The notes under the pieces were generated by a model. It did no database searches and was not told the origin of the DNA. It was given only the letters and a program-made list of their open reading frames with translations. Below are positions 14,147 through 26,270 of a DNA stretch of 64,000 bases, piece by piece. The DNA is from Rhizodiscina lignyota (taxonomy: Eukaryota). The position numbers and the translations under genes are program-made. Positions within the stretch are counted from its first letter, which is position 1; each line of letters starts with the position of its first letter. The DNA is taken from positions 1,612,001-1,676,000 of the forward strand of contig ML978128.1 in assembly GCA_010015805.1 (NCBI GenBank), in the 5' to 3' direction.

Positions 14147-14586
14147 GTTATCCCGATGTCGCGTTCGACGAAGAAGCTCAAACTATGCCAACGCATCGAG
14201 CCTTGCACTGGTGGAAATTTCGGCGTCATTATAAGGATTGTCTCGCGACTTTATCAAACCTGGTGACTGTTTGCCTATCTGGAGACTCGCGTTCAATGCG
14301 AAGTACGACAACGTCTGGGCGCTGTGGAGAGAACGGAAAATTCGGAGCTTGGCTTTTATGCAAGCGCTGATTGGACGGAATGGTCAGATACCACGAGACA
14401 ATCTAACGGTGATCGAGAGCTTTCGCATTTTCGGATTTTGCAAGAGTCTGAAGAACGGATCAAACTGCTAATGGCTTTATGCAAATCTCCGCCAGTTCTG
14501 TCTATGAGACCGATATAAATTGGCTCTGAAAGCCCTCCACGGGAATTATTTCAAGCCACACTGAATGATACTGAAAGAACGCAGCG

Positions 14587-15304
14587 ATGGCAGCGCGTAT
14601 TTTCTTCCTCTTTTTCATTTCATTGCTCCAGCCAGTGTCTGCGGCAATGATATTTGAAGACCTCCATCTAATTCCAACATACCAAAAAGCGCACGGCATC
14701 ATACTGGGTCTGTCGTTCATCATCGTCTTTCCTTTAGGCGTCTTGTCCATACGAGCCCTGAAATTCAAAGGAGCAGTATGGTTGCATGCCGCCTGTCAGC
14801 TCGTCGGTTGGACCCTTATGATTGCAGGACTTGTAGTTGGGATTCGTATGGGTCAGATTCTGGACATTGTAAGCAAGCCAAATCCTCGGCATTATTTGAG
14901 ACAACTGAACATAAGCTGATTGAAAAAAGCTACACAAAAATACACATACAATTTTGGGAACGGTCGTCCTGGTGCTCATGCTCATTCAACCGTTTATTGG
15001 CTTCTTCCATCACTATCGATTTGTCAAAGATCAGAAAAGAAGCGTATGGACATTATTGCACGTTTGGTATGGCCGAGTTCTGATACTGCTTGGTATCATA
15101 AACGGTGGCCTGGGGTTGCAACTTGCAGGGAATACAAGAGCTGGGGAGATTGTATACGGTGTTATCGGCGGAATTGTAGGACTTGCAATTCTAGTTTGGA
15201 TAGGAGTGTTTGAAAGCAGAACGAGGAATGCGAACAGAGAACACTCAGCAGAAGTGCAATTAGAGGAAAGACGCAAAGATTCCGAAATTGTAATACGGAG
15301 CTAG
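14587..15304 (+). CDS. Cytochrome b561-type membrane protein (CYBDOM transmembrane module without DOMON); intron 14869..14929
   Basis: AHGIIL, WLHAACQ, THTILG..QP..G, HVWYGR..LGIINGGLGL: four heme-type His in TM helices. Confidence 0.85.
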
Positions 15305-15525
15305 CTTACCTAGCTTGCCTCAGAAGATTTGCTTCTCGATGTCGCAGAAAAAAGGACGCCGATGCAGATCTTGTTCACTTCCCGAAACTAGCTCCTTCGC
15401 AGGCACAGCTCGATGAAGATGGAAGTTCTGTCTGCGATAGTGCTAGAGGTCCGCCCCAAAATCGAAGGCTTCGTTTCATCAATCGTTTGCTGCAAGGTTT
15501 TCTGAGCTGTTGCTGTCGATACATG

Positions 15526-17545
15526 TTAATGCGCAAAACGAAACTCCAGCCGCTTATTACCTTCATCTTTCGTCGTCGTCAAATACTCCATTCTCTGCTC
15601 TTCGCTCATGGCGTCCCACTTCTTCTTTCGCCATGCGTTGCGCTTTACATAATAGACCTTCGTCCCCAAGTACAAGAAAATATTAAGAATGAGTAGATAG
15701 AGAAGTTCTCGATTTCCACGCTCATATCGCGGTGCGTCATCTTCGCGGTAGACGTTGGCCGCAATAATTCCCGATGTCTGGACGCACATATTGTAGATGG
15801 CGGCGGAGACTGTTCGAGAACGCACGGCGTTGGAGTTCCGCGAGTTCCAGCCGACTTGAATGGGATGAGCACTTGGGTAGCTCAGTAGAGCGGTCATGAC
15901 GATCCATGCAAGCCACTTGTTGATCTTATTGATATCGAAGATGTTGAGGAAGACCAGGAATGGGAGGGCCCAAAGTTGGGCCGCTAAAGCTGTGTATGTG
16001 AGCTCTCGTCGGATCTCGCCAGCGTACGTGAGTCCGAGCATTGTCACGACATGTAGGACTTTGCTCGGTATGACGAGTAGGTTCGTCCCAAATGTGCCGA
16101 AGCCGAGACCCTTCAATGAGAGGGTGAGGTAATTGGATGGAGTCGACATCGGAGTTTGAAAGTTTAGACCGAGGAGATAAGTTGGCCACAAGTCGAAGTC
16201 TTTAATACTTTTCCAGAGCAGTCCTAGAGTGAGAGGTTCGCGATTGTGCATCGAGCTCTTACTTGGATCCTCTCGTATGATGCGGTTGACCATTATGAAC
16301 TCTTCTCGTTCCGTGAACCAGCCATTTTTGCCTCGGAGCCAACCTGTTGTGGATGTTGGACTCGACGGCATCAACGCGAAAGCCAACACTCCGACAACCA
16401 TTGTGAGAACGCCCTTACAAGCTCTTAGCTGGTATAGTATTTGAGGATGATATGCACTTACTTCAATCAGAAACAGCCATCTCCAACCAGCTCGGCCATG
16501 TACGCCACGCATATGCAAGATACCAAATGCAAGAAAGCCACCCACGACTTCCGACAACGCACTTGCCGTCCAAAAGAAGCCCAGTCGCAGAGATAGTTCA
16601 TGGTGTTTGTAAAAATAGCTCAAGTATAGTATGACCTAAGATGTTTAACATTGATCTGATTCGTGGACGTAAAGATGCTCACTTCGGGAATGAAGCCGCC
16701 TTGCAGCATACCAAGCAACGCTCGACATATCAAAAAGGAGGCCCTTCCTTGAAGAAGATATTGGGCGGAGCCGACGATTGACCATATGACCATCTGAGTC
16801 GGTATCCAGATGTCTGGCCCGATCCACTTTGCAACCAGCTGAGATGGAAGCTCCGCGCAGAGAAAGGCTAGTCTGAACAGAGTCAACCCGAGATTATAGT
16901 CTGGTTACGGTCAGTGGTGTAAGGTATTGTTGATGCTACTCCTAGGGAGGTACCGTTGGTGGTCATCTGCAAGTCTTCCAACATGCTATCTGTCAATGCC
17001 TGGTAGATATTTGATCGGTCCAGTTCCAAGGCCATGAACATAATTGCAGCAAATAGCATGATCCTCAAATCAATCTTGCGTACCAGTCTGTGCTCCTCTC
17101 TCCATGTCCACCGAGCATCTGGATCAAAGCGATGGATGTTTTCCCATTCGTTTGGAGGCCTGTACTCTTCCAGCGTGCTCGGATCATCGAAGACTGATGG
17201 CTGAGTGGCGATCGCTTCCGGGTCATACACTGACTTTGATCGTTGAAACCAGAATCTCTTCTCAGTACCAGGAGTACTCAAGGATGATGATCTATACTTG
17301 TCCAGTAGCGTTGTGGTATCGGACGTCTCATCTTTGTTCGGATCCGGAGAGCTCGAGGAGGAACCTCCACCCCTCTTGTTGCCATCATCTTTGGAAAGCT
17401 CGACTTTCAGTTGAGTTGTTTCTGTGGCGCTTGAAGATGCTTCAGGATCTTCTGAAGCAACGCGTTTGTATCGTGAGTTTCTGAACGGTTGCATGGGAAT
17501 CTCTGGCAGAACGGTCTTTATGGACCGACCCGCGAACGACTTCAT
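15526..17545 (-). CDS. MFS transporter, allantoate permease (Dal5/ACS) family, about 3 introns
   Basis: [52 protein letters not shown]; exons spread over ORFs 16883-17545, 16620-16886 and 15526-16623. Confidence 0.92.
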
Positions 17546-18331
17546 GGAGAAGGGCCAACATGGATGGAAATCCAGGCAGGATATATAAATACAATCTCAA
17601 CGACGCATGACCAAACTTTGAACAGAAACTTTCAAACAGCAAGAAAGAGAGACTGTTAGATTTACAAAGTACACATTCGCAATACAGTGCTGATAGTGAC
17701 GCCAGATGGCGATATGCCTCGTGATTGGCCATCTGTCGACGCACGCCATTTCAGGGAGGATTGTGAGATGACCGACATCCTTGCACACCTCTCAAAACAT
17801 TCGTGAAGTTATTTAGGTTGTCAAATTACCTCTATGTATGGTTTGTGAACTTTCTCTGCCAAACAGCCTGAAAGTCTATGCGCTGTCTCGGTGCCCGGTG
17901 TTGGTGTCCCCGTTCGCACGGGAAGAAGAGCGCAGGGCCGAACGGGGCCATCGCTCCTCTTACTTCGTCGTAATTAATGCGAGATCGGAACACTAGGCCT
18001 ATTGATATGCATGTGAGCGAACCTGAGCATGATTGAATGCTATAGTGTCTATTCAACGACAAGGAGAGCAGAGATACGATAGAAGATTCAAGTACCTAGA
18101 TGGCAATGGCGGTCGGCCAAAGCCGAGTAGAGTACAGAGTAGAGTACTACTTAACACTCCCGTTGTGTTTAGAGGTATCTATGAGTCATGAATTGGCGCA
18201 TATTCCGAATGATATCTCTTATACTTGATATTTCATTAACCTCCAGTCCCCAATTGTCGACCATTTCATTTGTCAACCCACAGTGCATGCAACTTCTTTC
18301 CCAACACAACCAGCCTCTTACTACTACTACC

Positions 18332-18759
18332 ATGAGCGAACACAACTCTTTTTCTTCAAATGTGAAGATTAACGAATACTATCTTATGCAAATGGGCGCT
18401 CAATTTGATGTCAACGCGCGAACCTCTGAGGCAAGCGTCCAGAAAGCTTCCGACGGTCACACGCGACCTAAAAGTGAGAGGCCGAAATTCAAAGGCCTAA
18501 AGGTTAAATTCACTCTGTTACCACATATGTACAGGTAATGACGTAGCGACGTCGTCTGGTGCGAATGTTCAAAGCATCACCTCAGAGGTCAAAACTCAGG
18601 GCGAGTCCGGCGATCAAACAGTTCAACAACATCAGGAGGAGCGGCAGACTCATGGGAAAGAGTGAGCATGGTAGGCCAACGAGGCAAAAGCACTTGCTCT
18701 GCCAAAGAAACTCCGGAGCTGCGAACGATGGTCGAGTGTGCTTGGGGGTTGTTCGTTAG
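18332..18759 (+). CDS. Possible small basic hypothetical protein (2 exons)
   Basis: ATG in good context (ACTACCATG); a putative intron ~18503..18546 joins to an Arg/Lys-rich ORF. No family recognised. Confidence 0.25.
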
Positions 18760-19029
18760 AAGGGAAAGGCATGGGGAACAATGAGATGCAGAGGCCGAGC
18801 AGGATGCATTTCGGACGATCGGCATAGACAAGTTGGCAAAGATCAAAGTGCAAGGACTTGAATAGATGCAGAGATGCCATTCCAGTGCTCGTGTATATCC
18901 GTCCCAAAGTAATACATGAACAGAAACACCTCAACATCTGTACAGTACAGTATTACAACGTTATATGTGAACTCCCGCTCGCTTAGATTACAACTCATGT
19001 AATTTACCGTTTAAACAACGTCTCTTTCA

Positions 19030-21503
19030 TTAAAAACGACTACCCTGTCCCATGCTCTGCATCATCTCCAAGAGGGGATCGACAATCGCAGGCGCGGCGA
19101 GCCTTGCTTTTAGCGAGGCCTTGAGCTGCTCCGTGTTCATGGAGAGGAATTTGCTCTCTCTGATCGGATTTGCCGCAATCTGGAAGCTGACCAATCCATC
19201 CATACGGCCGATCTCTGGATCAAGTCTGCTGAAGTCGTTGCCGGTGAAGTTGACAGTTCTTAGAGACTCAAGGGATGTGAAGCCTGGCGGGCAAGCTGAA
19301 AATATGTTGTCCTCAGCAATGAATGTGCCCAGATTCGTCCACGTCGACATGTCAGGTAGCGAGGACATCCGGTTGATAGAGATGTCAAGATCTTTTAGCG
19401 CAGGCAAGGAAAGAGTATTGGCGTCGCTCAGCGCTGTGAGTTGATTGTTGGAAACTTCGATGCGTTGGATACGAGACATAACGGTTACTGTGGATGGGAG
19501 TAGAGCTCCGGACAGCTTGTTCTTCGATGCTAGTAGTTCGACGAGCGGAAGCTGACTGAGAGACTCAGTTGGGAGACTCTGCAACACGTTCGCGGACACA
19601 TTCAACACACGGAGCTTGACAAGCTCGCCAAGTGTGTCTGGGAGCTGGCTCAGCTTGTTGCCTTGGAGCTCTAGAATCTCTAAATTCTGCATCGACGAAA
19701 TCGCGGGCGACAGTGTGCCTTGCAAGCCATTTTCGGACAGCCTTAATTCCCGCAAGCTTGGAATTTGGGCAATAACTTCCAGACAATCGGCTGCGACTTT
19801 GTTGCGAGACTAGTGACCCATTAGACATGTCTTACATACGTTGCAGAACTCAACCTACCAGATTCAGGATTGTCAGCCTTTCCAGCCCACGGAAGCCAAG
19901 AGGGATAGTCTGAAGCATATTGCCGTGTAGATCAATATTTTCAAGGCCGCCGAATTGAGGGATCTTGTCGTCATCTTCTCCATCTGGGAACATTTCCTCT
20001 GGCAGCGTCTGGAGTTCGTTATCGGCCGCCGTAAGCTTGACAATATCCACAAATTCGCCCCATGCGACTGAATCCGCGGCGTCTCCTTTCATGTCATACA
20101 TGTGTAAGACCTCAGAGGGCATCTCTTTCAAGCCCATAGCGGAGACGTTGAGGCGTCCTTCTATTCTCGCTTCGGCAATTCGCTTAGACACCTCGGATTC
20201 AGCATCTCTCGGCTTCTGATTGAACGGATCCGCGACCATGTCGAAATTTGGTTCTTCTTCAACACCTTTCGCTGACTCTCTACGGTGCTTCTCTTTAGCC
20301 AGCCTGATCTGCTCCCGGAGAGCCGCAGAGGAGCTCGACACCTTGCGTGGCGATGTATCGGGCGCGTCTGGAGGAGGCTTGACCGCCCTTGCTGCACTCG
20401 CAACGGTGGATCTCGTAGGTCTCGGCTTGGAAGAGAAGAGGCCATCAAGACCAGGGCGTGAGCTGGGCGTTCTCGCGTGCATTGTTTTGCTACCACTGAG
20501 TGGCACTCGTGCATTTGCTCGCGATGTCGTTCGGGCATGCGTCTTCTCCGCAGCCCCAATAGTACTTGTTGTTGTACTAGATGTTGGTGCTCTTTTTATC
20601 GGACTCGTAGGTCGAGCAGCACCAAACGCCCTGCTGGTAATAGTTGCATTCCGCATTTGAGACGTCGAAGAGTCGCTGGATCCTGGCCTACGGGCATTTG
20701 ACATGGAAGATCCCGGTCGGGATTGGGGCCCTGTAGTCATTGGACTCTGTGGGGTGAAAAAGCTGGACCTTCTTCGATCTCTTGGCGTAGCTGGCACGTT
20801 GGCAAGACTCTCGATAGTCCGATCTGAAAGCGATGGTCGAGGTCCTTTCCGCGGCTTTGGCGTATCTGCAAGCACGGTCAGAGCGTAATATCCGGACATT
20901 TCGCAATGCCAAACGGAGAGTCAAAGACAGTAATGACATGATCGCAGATTCTTCACGAGAATTACAGTTAATGTTGCAACAGAATTTATCGTGGGAGTGC
21001 TTCTTTTTGGAACAGGCCTAATGGTTTGAGGAGATATTCCAATTCTTGAAACACTCACCTCGCGAATCCAGTGGCTGATCAGAAACAGTCGTATCCGTCA
21101 TACTGAGACTAGAAGACGACCTGAAAGTGCTCCCGTCGTTGTCCTGGGTCCCACTTCCATTTGACGACGAAGTTGCGGTTCGCTCACGTGCGTGACGCGA
21201 CTCAGGTCGTCCGATGGGCTTTTTGAACACATCTTGAGCCTTGGGCCGGATTGGAATGTCTCGAGCCTGAGTAACGCGCACTGTGCTTCCGAGACCACGT
21301 CGAACAGTTGCTGGTCGTTCAATCCTGGTGGTTGACGATAGCTTGCTTGTTGACGCGACGGCTCGAAGCTTGGGCGGTTGCGGGCTCGTATTGGCACTCG
21401 TAGGCTTCAAAACAGGAAGCCTGCTCATGCGGGGAATACCAGATGGCCGCGCAACGGCGGGTGGCCTCGAAGGAAGATCAATTGAGTCGGCCATGGCTGC
21501 CAT
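19030..21503 (-). CDS. Leucine-rich repeat protein (LRRC40-like) with disordered N-terminus; introns 20866..21058 and 19810..19858
   Basis: Multiple LxxLxLxxNxL repeats; canonical splice sites give a continuous frame. Confidence 0.9.
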
Positions 21504-22013
21504 TCACCACACAAGGAGCAGTGCAAAAGCAGTTCATATTTGTGTATCGAAAAAGACGTCAGGTTAGCCCCTGATGCGGTCGACCTGCGATGTCTCGGAC
21601 GTTGTTTGGGAAACCGGCAGGGCCCGCGCCAGCCGAAATGAGCTAAGCGCGCCGCGCGGATCATCAACGTTCAGCCACCTCCACCCAGGATACAGCCGAC
21701 TCAATTCACTCCGCCGCCATTGACTTTGCTCGCTGTCTTGCTGCCACGTCTTTGTCGCTCGTCGCTGTTCGCTCTTGAAACTGGGTCGCGTGGACCAGGC
21801 GACACGACTTCTGCAAGGCACGCGCTGCCTCTCCCTTCCTTGACACCGCCATTGTTTCGAAACCAACTTCATCGGTGCCTCTGCGCAAGGGCCGACCTCT
21901 ATCTTGGCTCCTAGCTTGCGCCTGGAGTACAAAACATTCACTGTCGCTTTCATCCTCAGCTAGCGCATCTACCACACCTCTCGCACCTTCAGGGCGCTGG
22001 CTCACTCTGATCG

Positions 22014-23540
22014 ATGAGTGACGCTCCAATTCACTCGCAGGAGCTGCGAGCTGGTGAACCCATGTCGAAGGAAGCTTCACCGGACTCTCTCAGGCAAGAT
22101 GCGCTTTCGCCCAGCGCCGAGCTGCTTCCAGCATCGCAGCAAGATCCCGTAAAGATGGGTTCCCCGGCTCCAGTGTCCGCATCCATCACTCCTCCACCGT
22201 CCTCGCAGCAGCGCGTCACTCGTCCTTCTGTGCGCACCCCGACCCCGCCGACTCCGCATCTCTCTTCACCTCCACCGACTCTGAAGGAAGCTGCACAGCT
22301 CGGGCCGATCGTAAATGACGCCGAACTTCCATCTCCTGATCAGGTTGTGAATGCTAGTACCGAAGAACTTCGATCAATGGTTGCTGAGTTGACATCTAGT
22401 CTGAAAGAGACTCGGATGACTGCCGCTCACTACAAGCTTCAGTACAACATGCTCAGCATGGACAGTGCCGAGAATTCGAATCGCATGGCGGTCGAGCTTG
22501 CCATGGCCCAGCGCGAGGTTGACGTCTTGCAGCAAGCTGATGAGAGGCGACGCGTGGATAATTCTACACCCGGTCGGGCGTATCCAACTGATGGAGTTGC
22601 AAATGCAGCGCTACTTCACGAGATGAGCCGCCACTGTTCTTTACTGCAACAAGAGAATGAGGAGTTGAACGACGTGTTGGCACAAACACGACTAACTCTG
22701 GAGCATCGTGAGGGTCAAGTGCTCTCCCTCACTGAGGACAACGAGCGTCTCAGAGGACGTATCAAGAAGAACCGAGAGCACATGAATGGCTTCCTTGACT
22801 ATGTGCAGCAGCACAGCCCTCAATCCATGACAAGTACCCCGCACCATACTACGCCTCGCTCTCGCGCCCACCTACGTGCAGGACCACTCTTGCACGAGTC
22901 CCATTCTCGTGGCCAGCAACCATTCGAGGCTCTCCTCCTCGCCGACAAAGTCCTCAGCCAAGAGACTGCTACCGCACCGTCTACTCCAGGAAGAGCTCAA
23001 GGCAAGAAGTTCGGCCACCGCACTGCTCATTCAATGTCGTCACTCCCGTCTACGCCACAGAGGCCACCTCCAAACATTGCGATGCAGAGCAACCTTCGCA
23101 CGCCACCGAACTTCGCACCCATCCAGGAGCCCCCTCGTACCGTGCCGACTGCTCTTTACTCCTCTCAGCGTCAGCATCAGCGCCGCGGCAGCAGCGACTC
23201 AACCATCACTGCGTCTAGCGTTGAAGATGGCGGCCGCTCTGGTGATGACGAGATTCCCGAGTCTCAAGCGAGTCAAGCAGCGACGAGCATGTTACGTCGC
23301 ACTCCTGTCTCCAAGAGCATGTCCTCCAGCAAGGCCGGCTCATTCAACAGCACCGGTGGCGGTGGTGGTGGCATGAAGCAGGCTAAGCTCTTTGGCCAGA
23401 TCACGAAGCCTGGCTTCAGTATGCCAGTTGAGCACGAGAAGCGTCGCCTGAGCGATTCCCGTGGACAGCCTGCCATTAAGCGGGCTCGTGTTGGTGAGGC
23501 TGTTGGATTGGGTATTGGCCTTGATGGTCCCCGTGTCTGA
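22014..23540 (+). CDS. Fungal hypothetical protein with coiled-coil and S/P-rich disordered regions
   Basis: 508 aa intronless ORF with coding-like codon use; AAHYKLQYNML coiled coil; FEALLLADKVLSQE block. Confidence 0.85.
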   Translation: MSDAPIHSQELRAGEPMSKEASPDSLRQDALSPSAELLPASQQDPVKMGSPAPVSASITPPPSSQQRVTRPSVRTPTPPTPHLSSPPPTLKEAAQLGPIVNDAELPSPDQVVNASTEELRSMVAELTSSLKETRMTAAHYKLQYNMLSMDSAENSNRMAVELAMAQREVDVLQQADERRRVDNSTPGRAYPTDGVANAALLHEMSRHCSLLQQENEELNDVLAQTRLTLEHREGQVLSLTEDNERLRGRIKKNREHMNGFLDYVQQHSPQSMTSTPHHTTPRSRAHLRAGPLLHESHSRGQQPFEALLLADKVLSQETATAPSTPGRAQGKKFGHRTAHSMSSLPSTPQRPPPNIAMQSNLRTPPNFAPIQEPPRTVPTALYSSQRQHQRRGSSDSTITASSVEDGGRSGDDEIPESQASQAATSMLRRTPVSKSMSSSKAGSFNSTGGGGGGMKQAKLFGQITKPGFSMPVEHEKRRLSDSRGQPAIKRARVGEAVGLGIGLDGPRV

Positions 23541-24597
23541 GTTTCTATTATTGCATCATGCATTGCGATTGCATGTTTTCGGCTGACAGTTTGATTGTTC
23601 GACTGTTCGGCGTTAGTCATACCTCCATTCTGGGCACACACGGTGCGTAATGTATGGACGCATTTCGGACCCTGAAAGTCGAACAGGGTGTTGTTTTTCT
23701 GGATTGGGCATTCTGATGAGGCGCTTAACTGGTTTTCCAAATCATGAAATGACAACTGTCTAGGGGAGGGGTGGTTATGGACTGGATTGTGGAGTTTTGA
23801 TCATGAGGTCACAGCTGTTTTGGGGGGCTTATAAGACCTGGCTATGTGTATATATGGATGAAGTACTGGATGACTAGGATACCAATGAATGAATGAGGTG
23901 TTAAGAAAATATGTTCGAATGCTTCTTCTTTTCATACACCCCGAGAGTGACTCGAGGGTGATATGAACGTTGCCCCGTGGCTACGATATACTGGACTACC
24001 AGAAGATACACCCTCTTGAATCAATACTGATTATGGTCGTCAAAGCTGTGTCATTATTAAATACTGCCTAGAGTATATTAAACTATACTTTCAGAGACGC
24101 TCTAGCATAACTTGAAGAAGGTACAAGGAGTTCCCCCTGTGAGGCTAAAATTGCGGTGCAGGTCAGTATTACCATGCACTCGGGGAATGGAGCTGCTATC
24201 GCACTGAGCTTCCAACGACGCTCTCACCCAGTTGAGGAGCAAGCTGCGTGATTGCCGTCCGCTTTCATCCATGCCCATCGGGTTTCTGCTATTTGGTGAC
24301 CGTTGAAGGCCAGAAAGTCCCGTAGGGAACCGGGAACGGCGATTTCTCACCTCGTAAGGTGCCGAGGCACTCGACTACCTAATGTTAGCCGCGGGGAAAA
24401 AGCTTCCCGGAGATCGCAGACGACAAGGTAAGATGTTCTCGCGTAGAATTGTTTTACAAGCTAGATATTATCAATTCACACATCCTTTCATTCATCATCT
24501 CCTAGAAACTTGGTCTCTTGGAACGGGACTTGCTCCCACGTTGATCGCGTGACATTTGAGCCTTTTCAGTGCCGCCTCCGAACCACCTTCCATCACC

Positions 24598-25563
24598 ATG
24601 TCGTACTCGAAGCGCATAGAGCAGGTGAAGAATCACCTCAATTACCCGAAGGGCCTTCTGGCCGGCCAGGTTGCGATCATCACAGGTTCAGGGCAAGGCA
24701 TTGGAGCTGAGACTGCACGGTTATTCGCGAATGAGGGAGCGAAGGTCGTTGTGAACGATTTGGATGGAAGTATGTACAGACTTCTCTCATTCTTGCGCAC
24801 GCTAACATGCTGGTTCGTACAATGTTCAATGCTAATTTGACTGTGTCATACAGAGAAGGCAGAGGATGTCGCCCAACAAATCAACGAGAGCGGCGGTGAA
24901 GCGATAGGCGTAAAGTGTGATATGATGAGTGACGCCGATATAAACAACCTCGTCAAGAAGGCGGCAGAGTTTGGCAACGGCAAGATCCACATCATCGTCA
25001 ACAACGCCGGTTTCACATGGGACGCTGTCATTCACAAGACCACAGACAAGATGTGGGACACCATGATCGCAGTGCACTGCACTGCACCCTTCAAGCTCAT
25101 CCGAGGCTGCGCACCCTACTTCCGCGTCCGCGACGGCGAGCCCCGTGTCATCATCAATATCTCCTCCACCTCTGGTATCCACGGCAATGCCGGCCAGGCC
25201 AACTATGCGCTCGCGAAAGCAGGTGTAACTGGTCTGACCAAGGCCGTCGCGAAGGAGTGGGGCCCGCAGTTCGGCGTCCGCGCGAACACAGTTGCATTCG
25301 GTTATATTCTTACAAGGTTGACGGCGGCTAAGGAGCTCGGCGGCGCAGTGCAGCTGGCTGATGGCAGCAAGATTGCCATCGGTATCCCGAAGGGTCAAGG
25401 AGCGAAGAAGAACGAGGAGGGGAATAAGCCCATCCCTGATATTCCGTTAGGCAGGCCGGGTACGGCGACTGAGGCTGCATCGTCGATCCTAGCGGTTGCG
25501 AGCCCACTGTTTAGCTATGTCAATGGACAGACTATCATGGTTACAGGTGGAAGGAATATGTAA
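24598..25563 (+). CDS. Classical SDR (FabG/3-oxoacyl reductase-like) with N-terminal PTS2; intron 24770..24853
   Basis: TGSGQGIG, VNNAG, NAGQANYALAKAG (YxxxK), PLGRPG; N-terminal RIEQVKNHL. Confidence 0.93.
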
Positions 25564-26270
25564 GTCGACAGACGCGGCTTGTTGGAGCTTGGGTAGAGGC
25601 ATTGAAAAGCATAATGCGATCCATCGACAAGGGGATACATGGACTTTTGTGAGAAAACCGGAATTCGGCACGTCAATAAGTGTGAAACACGTTGCAGCTC
25701 TAGATTAATTGAAGTCAGGAGTAAGGAAATACGACATATCCCTTAATTCTGTCTACGGGGGTGGTGTGATTGGTGCCCAACTTTCCTGCCCAAGCTGATG
25801 GCAGCTCTGAAGGATTTGGTTACCCACCACCTCTCCTTTGCATTGTGATGCAATTGAGTAGGAAGAAGGGCAGTTAGAAGGAGAGAATATCAAGACATGG
25901 AATTTTAAAGGCATAAGAGAAGATGCGCAGCGTTGATCTCCCGGACAGCCATGCAGCTTCCCCAGCCTGCTCTTGTGGAGAGAACCCATGCCAAGGACGT
26001 GGCTCGTGCTAGCGCGCCAAGCCCTGCCCTACTTTAACTTTCGTCGCACTGCAGCTCACGAACTCTTCTTCAACTCCCAACGTTGACACACGGAACACGG
26101 GCGTCAATACCCAACCTTCCGCACCCCTACAACCTTGCTTCGGCCATTTGCCTTCTTCCGTCGCCGGACGTTCTGGTTGACCTCCTGCCGGCCATTTCCC
26201 CCAGGCCTTTGAGCATCTTCCGCTCCACGTTTTCAAGCTGGCTCTAGGCAAGGAATCTGTCGAAGGCGAG

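Noticed and set aside
1..17545. FAS beta as the core of a secondary-metabolite cluster with the adjacent enzymes
   Set aside because: Sequence and codon bias look like the housekeeping FAS; no PKS/NRPS in the window; upstream context is not visible.
18123..18150. GAGTA(C/G)A short tandem repeat
   Set aside because: Too short and imperfect; ordinary low-complexity DNA.
23937..23960. Small hairpins (here, and GCGGCC-N5-GGCCGC near 53563)
   Set aside because: Stems of 6-9 bp are expected by chance in 64 kb; no supporting context.
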